Notes under the pieces: generated by a model
Told to the model about the DNA's origin: nothing
Databases searched by the model: none
Seen by the model: the letters and a program-made list of their open reading frames with translations, nothing else
Position numbers and translations under genes: made by a program
Origin: an uncultured Chloroflexia bacterium
GTDB lineage: Bacteria; Chloroflexota; UBA6077; JACCZL01
Direction of reading: 5' to 3'
Assembly (NCBI GenBank): GCA_963765765.1
Contig: CAVXYC010000020.1
Span: 608,001-672,000 of the forward strand
Length of the DNA: 64,000 bases
Part shown: in pieces, positions 20,684 through 32,886 of the stretch
Layout of the letters: every line of letters starts with the position of its first letter
Numbering within the stretch: position 1 is the stretch's first letter

Positions 20684-21506
20684 GTCTCCCTCCGTCTGTA
20701 AGGCTTAAAGCCTCATGGTAGTAATCGGCCGCGGCCGGCCATGACCCGGTGTAACCGCGCATCAGCAACCCACTGTAGGCGCGGCGCCTGTCATGGAAGG
20801 TCAGGCTCCGCTCATTCTGCGCGCGGCCCAGGGACGCCAGCAAGATGTCTCGTGACACCAGGGGCACGTGCCATCCGTCATCCAACGCGCGACGGCGGTG
20901 CATGCGCCATCGGTCCAGCGGCTCAGACTCGTCCGCCTCGGGTCGCCTGGGACGCGCGGGGCGGTCAACCGCCGGTGGTCCGAGACGCCGCTGACAGCCT
21001 CTCCGGCGGCGCCATTCAGGACAGCACGGGGCTTGTTCTACGGGGCTTGTTCTTATGAGGAGCGGTAAGCGATCTAGCGCGACGTGCAGCGGATGCTCGC
21101 GCATCGCCCGCGGCCGATGGTTGCCGGATTGCCAGCTGCCTCTACGGGCGGTTCCGAGGGAAGGTCGGCACTTCACTGGCCCAGCTCGTGGAGGTCGATG
21201 ATCGGCTCGGTCATCGAGCATCCGCGGCCTGTTAGCGGAGGTGGATCAGCTCTCAACCGGCCTTGACAAGATGTCATACGTTCGGTGGTGACGGTTGGCA
21301 CGTTCGATGTCGTTTGGCACTCGATAAGGTGGACGAAGTGAGCTTGTCATTTCGTTCAGCGCCAAAACCGGCATGCGCCGCGGACAATTTGGAGTGCTCG
21401 GTCGACATGTTTTCCCAGGTGCTCTGCACGCGGACAGCTCTCTAAAGCGCCGGGACTCTTCCGGTACCACCCGCGGCTCGAGGAGCGCGCGAAAGGACGT
21501 GTGGGG

Positions 21507-22715
21507 ATGGCCAACCAGCAGACACATCGTCTGTTGACCATCAACGTAGGCTCGTCGAGTCTGAAGGCGGTTCTGTACCGCCTCGGGGCGGCGGAGAGGC
21601 TGGAGTATCGGGCGACCGCGGAACGAATCGGTATCCCCAACAGCTGCCTGCGGATTGCCGACGCCCAGGGCACGGTACTGCTTCATCGTTCAGACGACCT
21701 TCCGGACCACGCCACCGCGCTGGATTCCCTTGTCACCTGGCTACGGGAGGAGCGACTGGACGAGGAGCTGGCGGCCATCGGGCAGCGCGTGGTACAGGGT
21801 GGCGGCCGGTACAGGGCGCCAACGTTGGTCACCGACACACTACTCGAGGACTTGCGGTCGCTGGTTGCCCTCGACACGGAACACTTGCCACAGGCCCTCC
21901 AGGTTATTGAGAGCACGCGCGACGCGTTTCCGAGCGTTCCGCAGGTGGCCTGCTTCGACACAGCCTTCCACCGCCAGATGCCTCGGGTCGCGCAGATGTA
22001 TCCGCTTCCACGGGACCTGTGGGACGCCGGAGTGGCGCGCTACGGCTTCCACGGCCTCTCCTATGAGTACATCCTGCAAGAGCTGCGCTCGCTCGACGGC
22101 GACGCGGCCGATGGCCGAGTGATCGTCGCGCACCTTGGCAACGGGGCGAGCATGGCTGCTATGCACCACGGCGTTGCCGTGGACACGACCATGGGGCTCA
22201 CGCCAACGGGCGGCCTGGTAATGAGCACTCGGAGCGGCGATCTAGATCCGGGCGTGCTGCTCTTCTTGCTCGAGTCGCGAGGATTGACCCCAGCCGCACT
22301 GAGTCACCTCGTTAACAAGGAGGCTGGTCTGCTTGGCGTCTCGGGCAGCACCGCGGACATGCAAGATCTGCTGGCGTGCGAGGCGACGGATTCGCGTGCC
22401 GCCGACGCGGTCGCGCTGTTCTGCTACCAGGCGCGGAAGATTCTTGGCGGCCTGGTGGCCGCACTGGAAGGTCTAGACACGCTCGTCTTCACGGCGGGCA
22501 TCGGGGAACACTCGGCGGCTATCCGTGCTCGCATCTGCGACGGCCTGGGCTACCTGGGCCTGGAGGTGGACCCGGCTCGCAACGCCGTGCACGCGCCGCT
22601 CATCTCGAAGGATGCCAGCCGTGTTGTGGTCCGCGTGATCCCGACTGACGAAGACATGATGATCGCTCGACACACGCACAGTGTGATCGTAGAGGAGGGA
22701 GCTACCCATGTATGA
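21507..22715 (+). CDS. ackA: Acetate kinase
   Basis: [46 protein letters not shown]. Confidence 0.95.
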   Translation: MANQQTHRLLTINVGSSSLKAVLYRLGAAERLEYRATAERIGIPNSCLRIADAQGTVLLHRSDDLPDHATALDSLVTWLREERLDEELAAIGQRVVQGGGRYRAPTLVTDTLLEDLRSLVALDTEHLPQALQVIESTRDAFPSVPQVACFDTAFHRQMPRVAQMYPLPRDLWDAGVARYGFHGLSYEYILQELRSLDGDAADGRVIVAHLGNGASMAAMHHGVAVDTTMGLTPTGGLVMSTRSGDLDPGVLLFLLESRGLTPAALSHLVNKEAGLLGVSGSTADMQDLLACEATDSRAADAVALFCYQARKILGGLVAALEGLDTLVFTAGIGEHSAAIRARICDGLGYLGLEVDPARNAVHAPLISKDASRVVVRVIPTDEDMMIARHTHSVIVEEGATHV

Positions 22716-25133
22716 GTTCGACGTACGTATCTCCAGTGCAGTGAGCGCGCCCAACGGGCACCATGAATTAGCGGTGGGTCCACTGTCGGAGACAGAGCTG
22801 AGCCAGATGACGAAATACTGGCATGCCGTCAACTACCTGACGGTCGCTCAGATTTACCTGCGGGAGAATACCCTGCTGCGAGAGCCGCTCCGGCCCGAGC
22901 ACATCAAGCCGCGACTTCTCGGCCACTGGGGCACCTCCCCCGGCCTCAGCTTGATCTACGTCCACCTCAACCGGTTGATCAAGGAACGCGATGCCAACGT
23001 GATCTACCTGGCCGGACCCGGGCCATGGTGGCCCGGCGCTGGTGGCCCACGCATACCTGGAGGGCACGTACTCGGAGGTCTATCCGGAGATCACGGAGGA
23101 CGCGGCGGGCGTTCGGCATTTGTGCCGCCGCTTCTCAGCTCCCGGGCGGGATCCCGAGCCACGTCAGTGTGCAGACACCTGGCTCCATTCACGAGGGCGG
23201 TGAGCTTGGCTACGTGCTGTCTCACGCCTTCGGCGCGGCCTTCGACAACCCGGATCTCATCGTCGCCGCCGTGGTCGGGGACGGCGAAGCGGAGTCGGGG
23301 CCGTTGGCCGGCGCCTGGAGGGGCACCAACTTCCTCAACCCCGTCCGCGACGGCGCCGTGCTGCCGATTCTGCACCTCAACGGCTACAAGATCAGTGGTC
23401 CCACGGTGCTTGGCCGCGAAAGCGACGACGACATTCGGGCCTTCTTGCAAGGCAACGGCTACGAGACCTTCTTCGTGGAGGGCGACGATCCGCCGCACGT
23501 GCACCAGGAGCTCGCCGCGACGCTCGACCGCTGCTACGATCACATTCGCGAAATCCAGCAAGCAGCCCGTCATCACGGCTTCTTCGAGCGGCCACGCTGG
23601 CCGGCCATCGTCTTGCGCACACCCAAAGGCTGGACGGGCCCCAAGGAAGTGGACGGCCATCCGGCCGAGGGTACCTTCCGCTCCCACCAGGTGCCGCTGG
23701 CGGATGCGCGCGGCAAGCCAGAGCAGCTGGCGCAGCTCGAGACCTGGTTGCGCAGCTACGAGCCGGAGTCCCTATTCGATGCCAACGGCAAGTTCGACGC
23801 CGAGATAGCCGATCTGGCGCCGCGGGGTGACCGCCGCATGAGCGCTAACCCGCATGCGAACGGCGGCAAACTGCTCGTGGACCTCGACATCCCCGACTTC
23901 CGCGACTACGCAGTCGAGGTCGAGCGGCCCGCTGTCGTGCGACGGGAATCCACCCGCGAATTCGGCAAGATGATGCGCGACATCTACGTGCGCAACGCCG
24001 AGGCGGCGAATTTCCGCCTGTTCTGCCCAGACGAGACAAACTCTAACCGTCTCGGCAACGTCTTCGAGGTCGAGAACCGCTGCTTCGTGGGGCGAACGCT
24101 CGACATCGACGATCACCTCTCCCCAGACGGCCGCGTCATGGAGGTGCTCAGCGAGCATCTCTGCGAAGGCTGGCTCGAGGGCTATCTCCTGACCGGCCGG
24201 CACGGACTGTTCGCGACCTACGAGGCGTTCGCGATGGTCTCGGCGTCAATGACCGTGCAGCACACGAAATGGCTCCAGGAGGCCGACAATCTGCCCTGGC
24301 GTGCACCGGTTGCGTCGCTCAATATCCTGCTCACCTCGACGTGCTGGCGCAACGACCACAACGGCTTCAGCCATCAGGGCCCCGGCTTGATCGACGTGAT
24401 GCTGTCCAAGCGCGGGTCAGTGGCGCGCATCTACATGCCGCCCGATGCCAACACCCTGCTCTCGGTCGCCGACCACTGCCTCCGCAGCCGCAACTACGTC
24501 AACCTGATCGTGATCGATAAGCAGCCGCAGCTCCAGTGGCTGGACATGGAGACCGCGATCGAGCACTGCGCGCGCGGGGCGTCGATCTGGCACCGGGCCA
24601 GCAGTGACGACGGTGGCGAGCCGGATGTGGTTCTCGGGTGCGCGGGCGACATCCCAACGCTCGAGACGATAGCGGCGGCCTGGTGGCTGCGGCAGCTTGC
24701 CCCGGATCTCCGGGTCCGCGTGGTCAACGTCGTTGACCTGATGCGCCTCTTCCCGGCCCGGTATCACCCGCACGGCATGACGGATTCGGAGTTCGTCGAT
24801 CTGTTCACCGCGGACAAGCCCGTCGTCTTCGCATTCCACGGCTACCAGCGGGCGGTCCACGAGATCGTGCATGGGCATCCTGACGTCGATCGTATCCACG
24901 TGCGCGGCTTCAACGAGCAGGGCACCACGACCACGCCGTTCCAGATGACCATCATGAACTCGATGAGCCGCTTCCACCTGGCAGCGGAAGCGATTCGGCG
25001 GGTGCCGCGCTTGGGCGACCGCGCGCCGGACCTGATCGCGCAGTGTGAAGCTCGGATCGACGAGGCCACGGCCTATGCGTACGAGCACCTCGAGGATCAG
25101 CCCGAGATCACCAACTGGGTGTGGTCCGAGTAA
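22708..25133 (+). CDS. xfp: Xylulose-5-P/fructose-6-P phosphoketolase (frameshifts ~23025-23140)
   Basis: [44 protein letters not shown]. Confidence 0.95.
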
Positions 25134-25140
25134 GTAGTGC

Positions 25141-25172
25141 CGCCCGAGCGCCGCGTGAGCGGCGCTCGGGCG
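25141..25172. promoter_or_regulatory. Perfect 14-bp GC hairpin with GNRA loop (REP-like or mRNA stabiliser)
   Basis: CGCCCGAGCGCCGC-GTGA-GCGGCGCTCGGGCG just after the xfp stop; no U tract. Confidence 0.7.
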
Positions 25173-25237
25173 AGCAATATCGGGACCGGGGCGACGGCAG
25201 CGTCGTCCCGATGCCCTAACAGCGTCGGAGATGATCC

Positions 25238-28029
25238 ATGGCACAGATGACGGTGGAACCGCGCGAGAAACAGCTATCGACGGATGGCTCAAACGGGGGC
25301 GGCGGCCCTGCCTGGCAGACGTTGCGCGTCGACGACGCGATACGTCAGCAAGGTACGGATGCCGTCCACGGACTGAGCGCCGCGGAAGCCGCGTCGCGCC
25401 TGGGAAAATACGGCCCGAACACGTTCACCCAGGCGAAGAAGACGCCCGGCTGGCTACTGTTCTTGCGGCAGTACCAGGACACGATGCAGATAGTCCTTCT
25501 CGTGGCTGCGATTGTCAGCGGCTTCATCGTGCACCAATGGGGCACCGCCCTGATGTTGCTGCTGCTAACGCTTGTCAATGCCTTGCTCGGGCTCCGCCAG
25601 GAGGGCAAGGCCGAGGCGAGCGTCGCCGCGCTGCAGAAGATGATGATCATCAAGGCGAAAGTGCGCCGCGACGGCCAGTTGACCGAGATTCCCGCGGAGC
25701 AGCTCGTCCCCGGCGATGTCGTCCACCTGGAAGCCGGCGACCGTGTGCCGGCGGACGGCAGGATCATCAGGTCAGCAACCCTGGAGATTGCCGAGGCTGC
25801 CCTCACGGGCGAAAGCGTGCCTGTCGCGAAGACGACGGAGCCGGTCGCGGAGGCAGATACGCCGCTCGGAGACCGGACCGACATGGCCTTTATGAACACC
25901 GAGGTCACGCGCGGTGCCGGCGAGATCGTCGTGACGGCCACCGGCATGTCTACCGAGGTTGGACACATTTCCGGGCTGCTGCAATCCGAAGGGATCGAAA
26001 AGACACCGCTCACCAAAGAGCTGGATACGCTGACCAACCAGATTCTCATCATCGCAGGAGTGGCACTCCTGGCTTCCACATTACTCGGGCTCAGCCGCGG
26101 AGTTCCTTGGGAGACCCTGTTCGTCAACGGTATCGCCTTCGCCGTGGGAGCGATCCCGACGGGTCTGCCCATGGTGGTGACCTATCTCCTCGCCATCGGT
26201 GCGATCGCGCTCGCAGAGGCCGGCGCGATCATGAAGAGGCTGCGATCGGTCGAAACACTGGGCTCGACGACCGCCGCCAACTCCGATAAGACGGGGACAC
26301 TCACCCTGAACCAGATGACCGCCACGGAGCTGGTGCTCCCAGGCCGTCGATTCGCGATCACGGGCGAGGGGTATTCCACGAGCGGCAACATTACCGGTGT
26401 GGGCGAGAACAACCCGATGGATCTCTCCCCGTACCTCCTTCCAATGGCACTCGCCTCCGAGGCCACGGTGAAGCGTGGCGAGCTGGTGGGCGACCCCACC
26501 GAGGGGGCCCTTGTCGTCCTCGCCGCGAAGGGGGGCGTCGATCCTGTCACGGTCCGCGAACAATACCCACGACTCGCTGAAGTACCGTTCGACTCCGCCT
26601 ACAAGCTCATGGCGACCTTCCACCAGATGAAGGACGAGGATGGCCGCGAGATCGTTCGCTGCCTCGTAAAGGGCGCCCCCGACCAGCTTCTTGGCAGGTC
26701 CTCACCCGGGCTCAATGCCGATCAGCAAAAGGTGGAGATCGACTCCCTCCGCACGCAGTTTGAGGCGGAGAACGAACGACTCGGCAAGCGTGGTCTGCGG
26801 GTCATGGCGGTGGCTCGCAAGGATCTGGACCCCGCGACATTCGATCCGTCCGGCGACCTGTTGTCGCTGGTGACTGATCTTACGATGCTCGCGCTCGTTG
26901 GCATCATCGACCCGCCACGCCCTGAAGTGAAAGTCGCGATCGCAAAAGCGAAGGCAGCCGGCATCAAAGTACGCATGATCACTGGGGACCACGCCGTTAC
27001 CGCGGCGGCGATCGCCGGCGAGCTCGGGATCGAGGGGCGAGCTGTCACCGGCGCCCAGTTTGCCGCGCTGAGTGACGACGAGCTGAAGCAGCAGATCGGC
27101 GAGATCGGAGTCATAGCCCGCGTTACGCCGGAGGACAAGGTCCGACTTGTTGACATCCTGAAGCAGACAGGAAACGTCGTGGCTATGACCGGCGACGGGG
27201 TCAACGATGCGCCCGCCCTCAAAGCGGCCGACGTCGGGGTAGCCATGGGCATCACTGGAACCGATGTGTCGAAAGAGGCGGCGGTGATGATCCTCACCGA
27301 CGACAACTTTGCCACGATCATCCGGGCCATCGAGATCGGTCGCAAACTGTACGACAACCTGATGAAGTACATCCGACTTCAAATGGCCTCGTTGTTCGGA
27401 TTCATCGCGGTCTTCCTGGGATCCGCAATCGTTAACTTGCTGCAAGGCGCCCCGATGTCTGCCCTGCAGGTGTTGTGGGTGAACTTCACCATCATCATAT
27501 TCATAGCGATCGGGCTCGGACTGGGGGCGGGATCACCCGGCACCATGGAGCGACCGCCGCGCAAGGTTGGAACGAAGATCATCCCTCGTGGGCTGATGAC
27601 GATCCTCGTCGTGGCTGGACTCGCCATGGCGGTGAGCACGCTCGTCCTCGCGCAATTCGCTGTCATTTCGGGCTGGGGGGACGCGGTGGCCCGGACGATC
27701 GCGCTCACCACGTTCTCATTCGCCACGATCTTTCTGGGGCTTGCCTGCTATGACGAATTGTCGACGGTGTTCAGCAAGGATCTGCTGGAGAACGGCAAGC
27801 TCGTCAAGATGACGGGATGGTCCTCCTGGCGACTTTCCTCATCGTTGAGATGGACTTCCTGAACCGGCTCTTCGGGACGGTGAGCCTCGACGTCGGCCAG
27901 TGGGTCCTCTGCATTGTCGCGGGCTCCCTGGTCCTCTGGTTCTTGGAGATCGTGAAGCTGTTCCAGCGGCGCGCGGCATCGTCAAAGCGGACCGCCGCCG
28001 CTGCAACAGAAGCCCGAGCCTTCTCGTGA
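25238..28029 (+). CDS. P-type cation-transporting ATPase, type IIA-like (frameshift ~27820)
   Basis: LTGES, AIPTGLP, DKTGTLT, MITGDH, TGDGVNDAPAL. Confidence 0.95.
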
Positions 28030-28116
28030 AGGTACAGCAGCAAATGACGATCCAGGCCGGCCAACGAGTGATGTCGGTTGGCGTAGAGGACCTCGAAGCT
28101 GAAGGTGAGGCAAGAG

Positions 28117-28977
28117 ATGACAGACGGCATTGATCCAGCGACCCAGAAGATCGCCGCGGTCCTCGCGGACGTGGACGGCACGCTGGTCACAAAGAACAAG
28201 GTGTTGACTCCGCGCGCGATTCGGGCGGTAAAGACGTTGCAGGAGCTCGGCGTGCTCTTCGCAATCACCAGCGGACGCCCGCCGCGAGGCATGCGCATGC
28301 TGGTGGAGCCACTCGGGATGAAAGTACCGATGGCTGCCTTCAATGGTGGGATCATCATTCTCCCGGACATGTCCGTCGTGGACGAACGGACCATCCCGGC
28401 CGATGTGGCACCCGCCGTGATCGAGACTATTCGCTCCTATGGTTTGTACGTTTGGATGTACCGCTCTACCGAGTGGTACGTCACCGATCCGAAAGCACCG
28501 CACGCCGAGCGGGAGGCGACGACCGTGCAGTTTCCGCCCACCGTCGTGCCGATCTACAACCAGTACCTCGACAAGGCGGTCAAGATCGTCGGCGTCAGCG
28601 ACGACCACGACCTGGTCGCGCAATGCGAGGCGGCGGTCCAGCAGAAGTTCGGGGCGCAGGTCTCGGCGTCCAGGTCGCAGCCGCATTACCTGGACGTGAC
28701 GCACCCGACAGCCAATAAGGGCGTCGTGATCGAGCGTCTGTCGCAGTACTTCAAGATCCCGCTGGAGCAGATCGCCACGCTGGGGGACCAGCCGAACGAC
28801 GTGCTGATGTTCAAGCGGAGCGGCCTGAGCATCGCCATGGGCAACGCGAGCGAAGAGGTACAGAACCAGGCCACATACGTGACGGACTCGCACGAGGACG
28901 AGGGCTTCGCGAAGGCGATCGAGGGGTTCATTCTGCCGCGGGCGGTGGCTGCCTTGACAACGGCCGGGCGCGAGTAG
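28117..28977 (+). CDS. Cof-type HAD-IIB phosphatase
   Basis: DVDGTL, ITSGR, NKG, GDQPND, AMGNA. Confidence 0.92.
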   Translation: MTDGIDPATQKIAAVLADVDGTLVTKNKVLTPRAIRAVKTLQELGVLFAITSGRPPRGMRMLVEPLGMKVPMAAFNGGIIILPDMSVVDERTIPADVAPAVIETIRSYGLYVWMYRSTEWYVTDPKAPHAEREATTVQFPPTVVPIYNQYLDKAVKIVGVSDDHDLVAQCEAAVQQKFGAQVSASRSQPHYLDVTHPTANKGVVIERLSQYFKIPLEQIATLGDQPNDVLMFKRSGLSIAMGNASEEVQNQATYVTDSHEDEGFAKAIEGFILPRAVAALTTAGRE

Positions 28978-28990
28978 GCGGGAGGGAACC

Positions 28991-29986
28991 ATGCTGCTTG
29001 CTGGAGACATTGGCGGGACAAAGACCGCTCTGGCCGTGTATAGCACGGACCACGGACCTCGCGCGCCACTTGCCGAAAAGCTGTTCCCCAGCGGGGACTA
29101 TCCCAGCCTCGAGGCTATTGCGCGCGAGTATATCGCGGAGATTGACCTCCCGGTGACGCACGCCTGTTTCGCCGTAGCGGGGCCTGTCAGCCGCGGTCGC
29201 GCCACACTGACCAACCTGCCCTGGATAGTGGACGAGTCGGCTTTGCAGGTAGCACTCGGGCTCGAATCCGTAAGCCTGCTGAATGATGTGGAGGCGATGG
29301 CAGCGGCCGTGCCGCACCTGCGCCCGGACGAGGTGCGCACCGTGCGGGAGGGCGAGCCGGTGCCGGGCGGTGCCATCGCCGTGATCGCTCCCGGCACGGG
29401 GCTCGGCGAAGCGTTCCTGACCTGGGACGGGTTGCGCTACCACGCCCATGCATCGGAAGGCAGCCATGTCGATTTTGGACCCACTTCGCCACAGCAAACT
29501 GAGCTACTCAAGCGTATGCAGGCCCGCTGGGGACGCGTCAGCTACGAGCGCGTATGCGCCGGGCGGAGCATTCCCGATCTCTACGACTTCCTGAAGGATG
29601 AAGGTGAGATGTCGGAGTCCCCTGCCGTGCGCGCGCAGTTGGCAACGGTGCGTGATCGGACACCCATCATCATGGCCGCGGGTCTCGCCCAGCCGGACCC
29701 CGATCCCCTGTGCAACTCGACCCTGAAGCTGTTCACATCCATCCTTGGCACCGCCGCGGGCGACCTCGTTCTCTCCGTACTCGCCACGGGCGGCCTCTAC
29801 ATCGGGGGCGGGATTCCGCAGCGCATGCTGCCCGCCACGACCGGACATGGTGAGCTCTTCCTGTCCACCTTCCAGGAGAAGGGCCGTCTTAGCCCCTCCT
29901 GGCGCGCGTGCCGGTCCACATCATCATCGAACCGGTGGCGCTCCTCGGCGCCGCCCATCACGGCCTTGACATCACGGTTTCAGTAG
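28991..29986 (+). CDS. glk: Glucokinase (C-terminal frameshift)
   Basis: LAGDIGGTK, FAVAGPV, LLNDVEA, APGTGLG, SEGSH. Confidence 0.92.
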   Translation: MLLAGDIGGTKTALAVYSTDHGPRAPLAEKLFPSGDYPSLEAIAREYIAEIDLPVTHACFAVAGPVSRGRATLTNLPWIVDESALQVALGLESVSLLNDVEAMAAAVPHLRPDEVRTVREGEPVPGGAIAVIAPGTGLGEAFLTWDGLRYHAHASEGSHVDFGPTSPQQTELLKRMQARWGRVSYERVCAGRSIPDLYDFLKDEGEMSESPAVRAQLATVRDRTPIIMAAGLAQPDPDPLCNSTLKLFTSILGTAAGDLVLSVLATGGLYIGGGIPQRMLPATTGHGELFLSTFQEKGRLSPSWRACRSTSSSNRWRSSAPPITALTSRFQ

Positions 29987-29999
29987 GGAAGGTGAGCGT

Positions 30000-32098
30000 A
30001 TGATCGCGCAGCCGATCGCCGAAGCGACGCAGATTGACCAGCTCTGCGTCAACACCATTCGCACCCTGTCGATGGACGCCGTCCAGCAGGCTAATTCCGG
30101 TCACCCGGGCACGCCGATGGCGATGGCGCCAACCGTCTACTGCCTGTGGCAACGCTTCCTGCGCTTCGATCCGGAGCACCCGATCTGGCCGAACCGCGAT
30201 CGGTTCGTGCTTTCGGCCGGGCACGCATCGATGCTGCTCTACAGCCTGCTGCACCTTACCGGCGTCAAAGCCGTGAATCCAAAGTACGAGACGCTGGGCG
30301 AGGCCTCGGTGACGCTTGACGACATCAAGCACTTCCGACAGCTCGACGGCAAGTGCCCCGGCCATCCCGAATACCGCTGGACGTCCGGGGTGGAGACCAC
30401 CACCGGGCCGCTGGGACAGGGCGTGGCGAACAGCGTCGGCATGGCGATCGGCGGGCGCTGGCTTGGAGAGCAATACAACCGCGACTTTGCGCTGTTCGAC
30501 TACGACGTGTACGCGCTGGCTGGCGACGGCTGCCTGATGGAGGGTATTAGCCACGAGGCCGCCTCGCTCGCTGGGCATCTCGGCCTCGCCAATCTCTGTT
30601 GGATCTACGACAACAACCGCATCACCATCGAGGGCAACACCGCGTTGGCTTGCAGCGACGACGTAGCCACACGATTCGTCGGATACGGCTGGAACGTGAC
30701 GCGGGTGGGCGATGCCAACGACCTGGAGATGCTCACTCGTGCCTTCGAGACGTTCCGCCGGACCAGCGACCGGCCGACCTTGATCATCGTCGACAGCCAC
30801 ATCGGCTACGGTGCCCCGAACAAGCAGGACACCAGCGCAGCGCACGGTGAGCCGCTCGGCGAAGACGAGATCCGCTTCGCCAAACGCAACTACGGCTGGC
30901 CGGAGGACGAGAAGTTCCTGGTTCCTGAGGGCGTACGCGAGCACTTTCGAGACGGCATCGGCAAGCGCGGTGCCGAGCTGCGCGATGCCTGGATGGAAAA
31001 GCTGGAGACATACCGCGAGCAGTACCCCGAGAAGTATGACGAGTGCGTACCGCATGCTGCGGCGTGAGCTGCCGGATGGTTGGGATCGGGACTTGCCGGT
31101 ATTCCCGGCCGATCCCAAGGGGCTGGCGACCCGCGAATCCTCGGGCCAGGTGCTGAACGCGGTCGCGCGCAACGTGTCCTGGTTAATCGGCGGCTCGGCT
31201 GACCTTGGTCCATCAACGAAGACACGCCTGACCGTCGAGGGAGCGGGCGATCTGGAGCGAGACACCCCCGGCGGTCGCAACTTGCACTTCGGCATCCGCG
31301 AGCAGGCGATGGGCGCCATCGTCAACGGTCTGGCGCTGACCAAGGTCAGGGCGTTTGGCTCGGGATTCTTCATCTTCAGCGACTACATGCGCGAGCCCAT
31401 TCGCCTGAGTGCGCTGATGGAGATCCCGACCATCTGGATCTTCACCCATGACTCCATCGGCGTGGGCGAGGACGGCCCGACCCATCAGCCGATCGAGCAG
31501 CTCGCGTCGCTGCGCGCCATTCCGGGTCTCCTGGTGCTGCGCCCCGCCGACGCGAACGAGGTGGTCGAGGCCTGGCGCGTGATCACGGAGCTGAGACACG
31601 AGCCAGCCGTCCTTGTGTTGACCCGCGGGGCGGTCCCCACATTCGACCGGGAGCGTTACGCCTCGGCGAGCGGGTTGGCGCAGGGCGCGTACGTGATGGC
31701 GGAATCCGAGGGCGGCCCGCCGGAGGTGCTGCTCCTGGGCACCGGCAGCGAAGTGGCCCTGTGCATCGCAGCCTACGAGCAGCTCAAGAGCGAAGGCATT
31801 CGGGCCCGCGTGGTCAGCATGCCGAGCTGGGAGCTGTTCGAGAAGCAGAGTCAGGCGTATCGCGACAGCGTGCTACCACCGAGCGTCTCCGCGCGGGTGG
31901 CAGTGGAAGCTGCTTCGCGGCTTTGGCTGGGCCCAGTACGTCGGTAACGAGGGCGCCATCCTGGCCATGCAGACCTTTGGCGCCTCCGCGCCGCTGCAGC
32001 GGCTCCTGGAGAAGTTCGGCTTTACGGAAGAGCATGTGGTGACCGCGGCCAGAGAGCAGATTGCTCGTGTGCGCGGAGTGGCCGAGCCGGTTGGCTGA
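30000..32098 (+). CDS. tkt: Transketolase (frameshifts ~31045 and ~31920)
   Basis: SGHPG, RDRFVLSAGH, TTGPLGQG, GDGCLMEG, HDSIGVGEDGPTHQP. Confidence 0.95.
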
Positions 32099-32108
32099 GG
32101 GAGCATCA

Positions 32109-32872
32109 ATGACGAACGCCACGGCTCCCGTCGTCTTCCTGATCGATGTCGACAACACGCTTCTCGACAACGACGCGGTCCTGTCCGACCTCCAGGAGCA
32201 CGTGTATCAGGAGTTCGGAGCGGCCTGCTGGGAACGGTACTGGGCAATCTTGATGACGCTCTGGGACGAGCTGGGTTACCGAGATTACCTGGGCGCACTG
32301 CAGCGCTACCGTATCGAGCACCCGCGCGACCCGCACCTGCTGGCCTGTCCTTTTTCCTGGTCGACTATCCATTCGCTGACCGGATGTTCCCGGCTGCGTT
32401 CGACGTGCTCGCCCGGCTGCGTAGCTGGGGGCCGACGGCGATCTTGTCGGACGGCGACGTCGTGTTCCAGCCCCGCAAGGTTCAGCGGTCGGGAATCTGG
32501 CGCGCCGTCGATGGGCACGTGCTGATCTACATTCACAAGGAGCGCGAGCTTGACGATGTCGCAGAGCGCTACCCGGCCCAGCACTATGTGCTGATCGACG
32601 ACAAGCTGGCGATCCTGACGCCCGTAAAGCGCGCGTGGGGCGAGCGCCTGACGACCGTTTTTCCGCGGCAGGGCCAGTACGCATATGATCCGAAGATCAT
32701 TGCCGCCAACCCACCCGCGGATGTCACCATCGAACGGATCGGCGATCTGCTTTCGTATGACCTGCCGACGCTACTGGCAGCTGCGCGACCGGCCGACGTG
32801 CTGGGCGCGGCAGATGGTCATTCGGACGACGCGGCGGCGTCACGAGTAGCCACCTCGCCCGTTCACAAATAA
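32109..32872 (+). CDS. HAD-family hydrolase (frameshift ~32345)
   Basis: DVDNTLLDND, LSDGD, LIDDK. Confidence 0.85.
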
Positions 32873-32886
32873 AGGAGCGAAAAGCC

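Noticed and set aside
1245-31373. Long antisense ORFs such as 1245-2648(+), 7524-8486(+), 27982-29046(-) and 29958-31373(-)
   Set aside because: Shadow ORFs of high-GC genes on the opposite strand, with no recognisable motifs.
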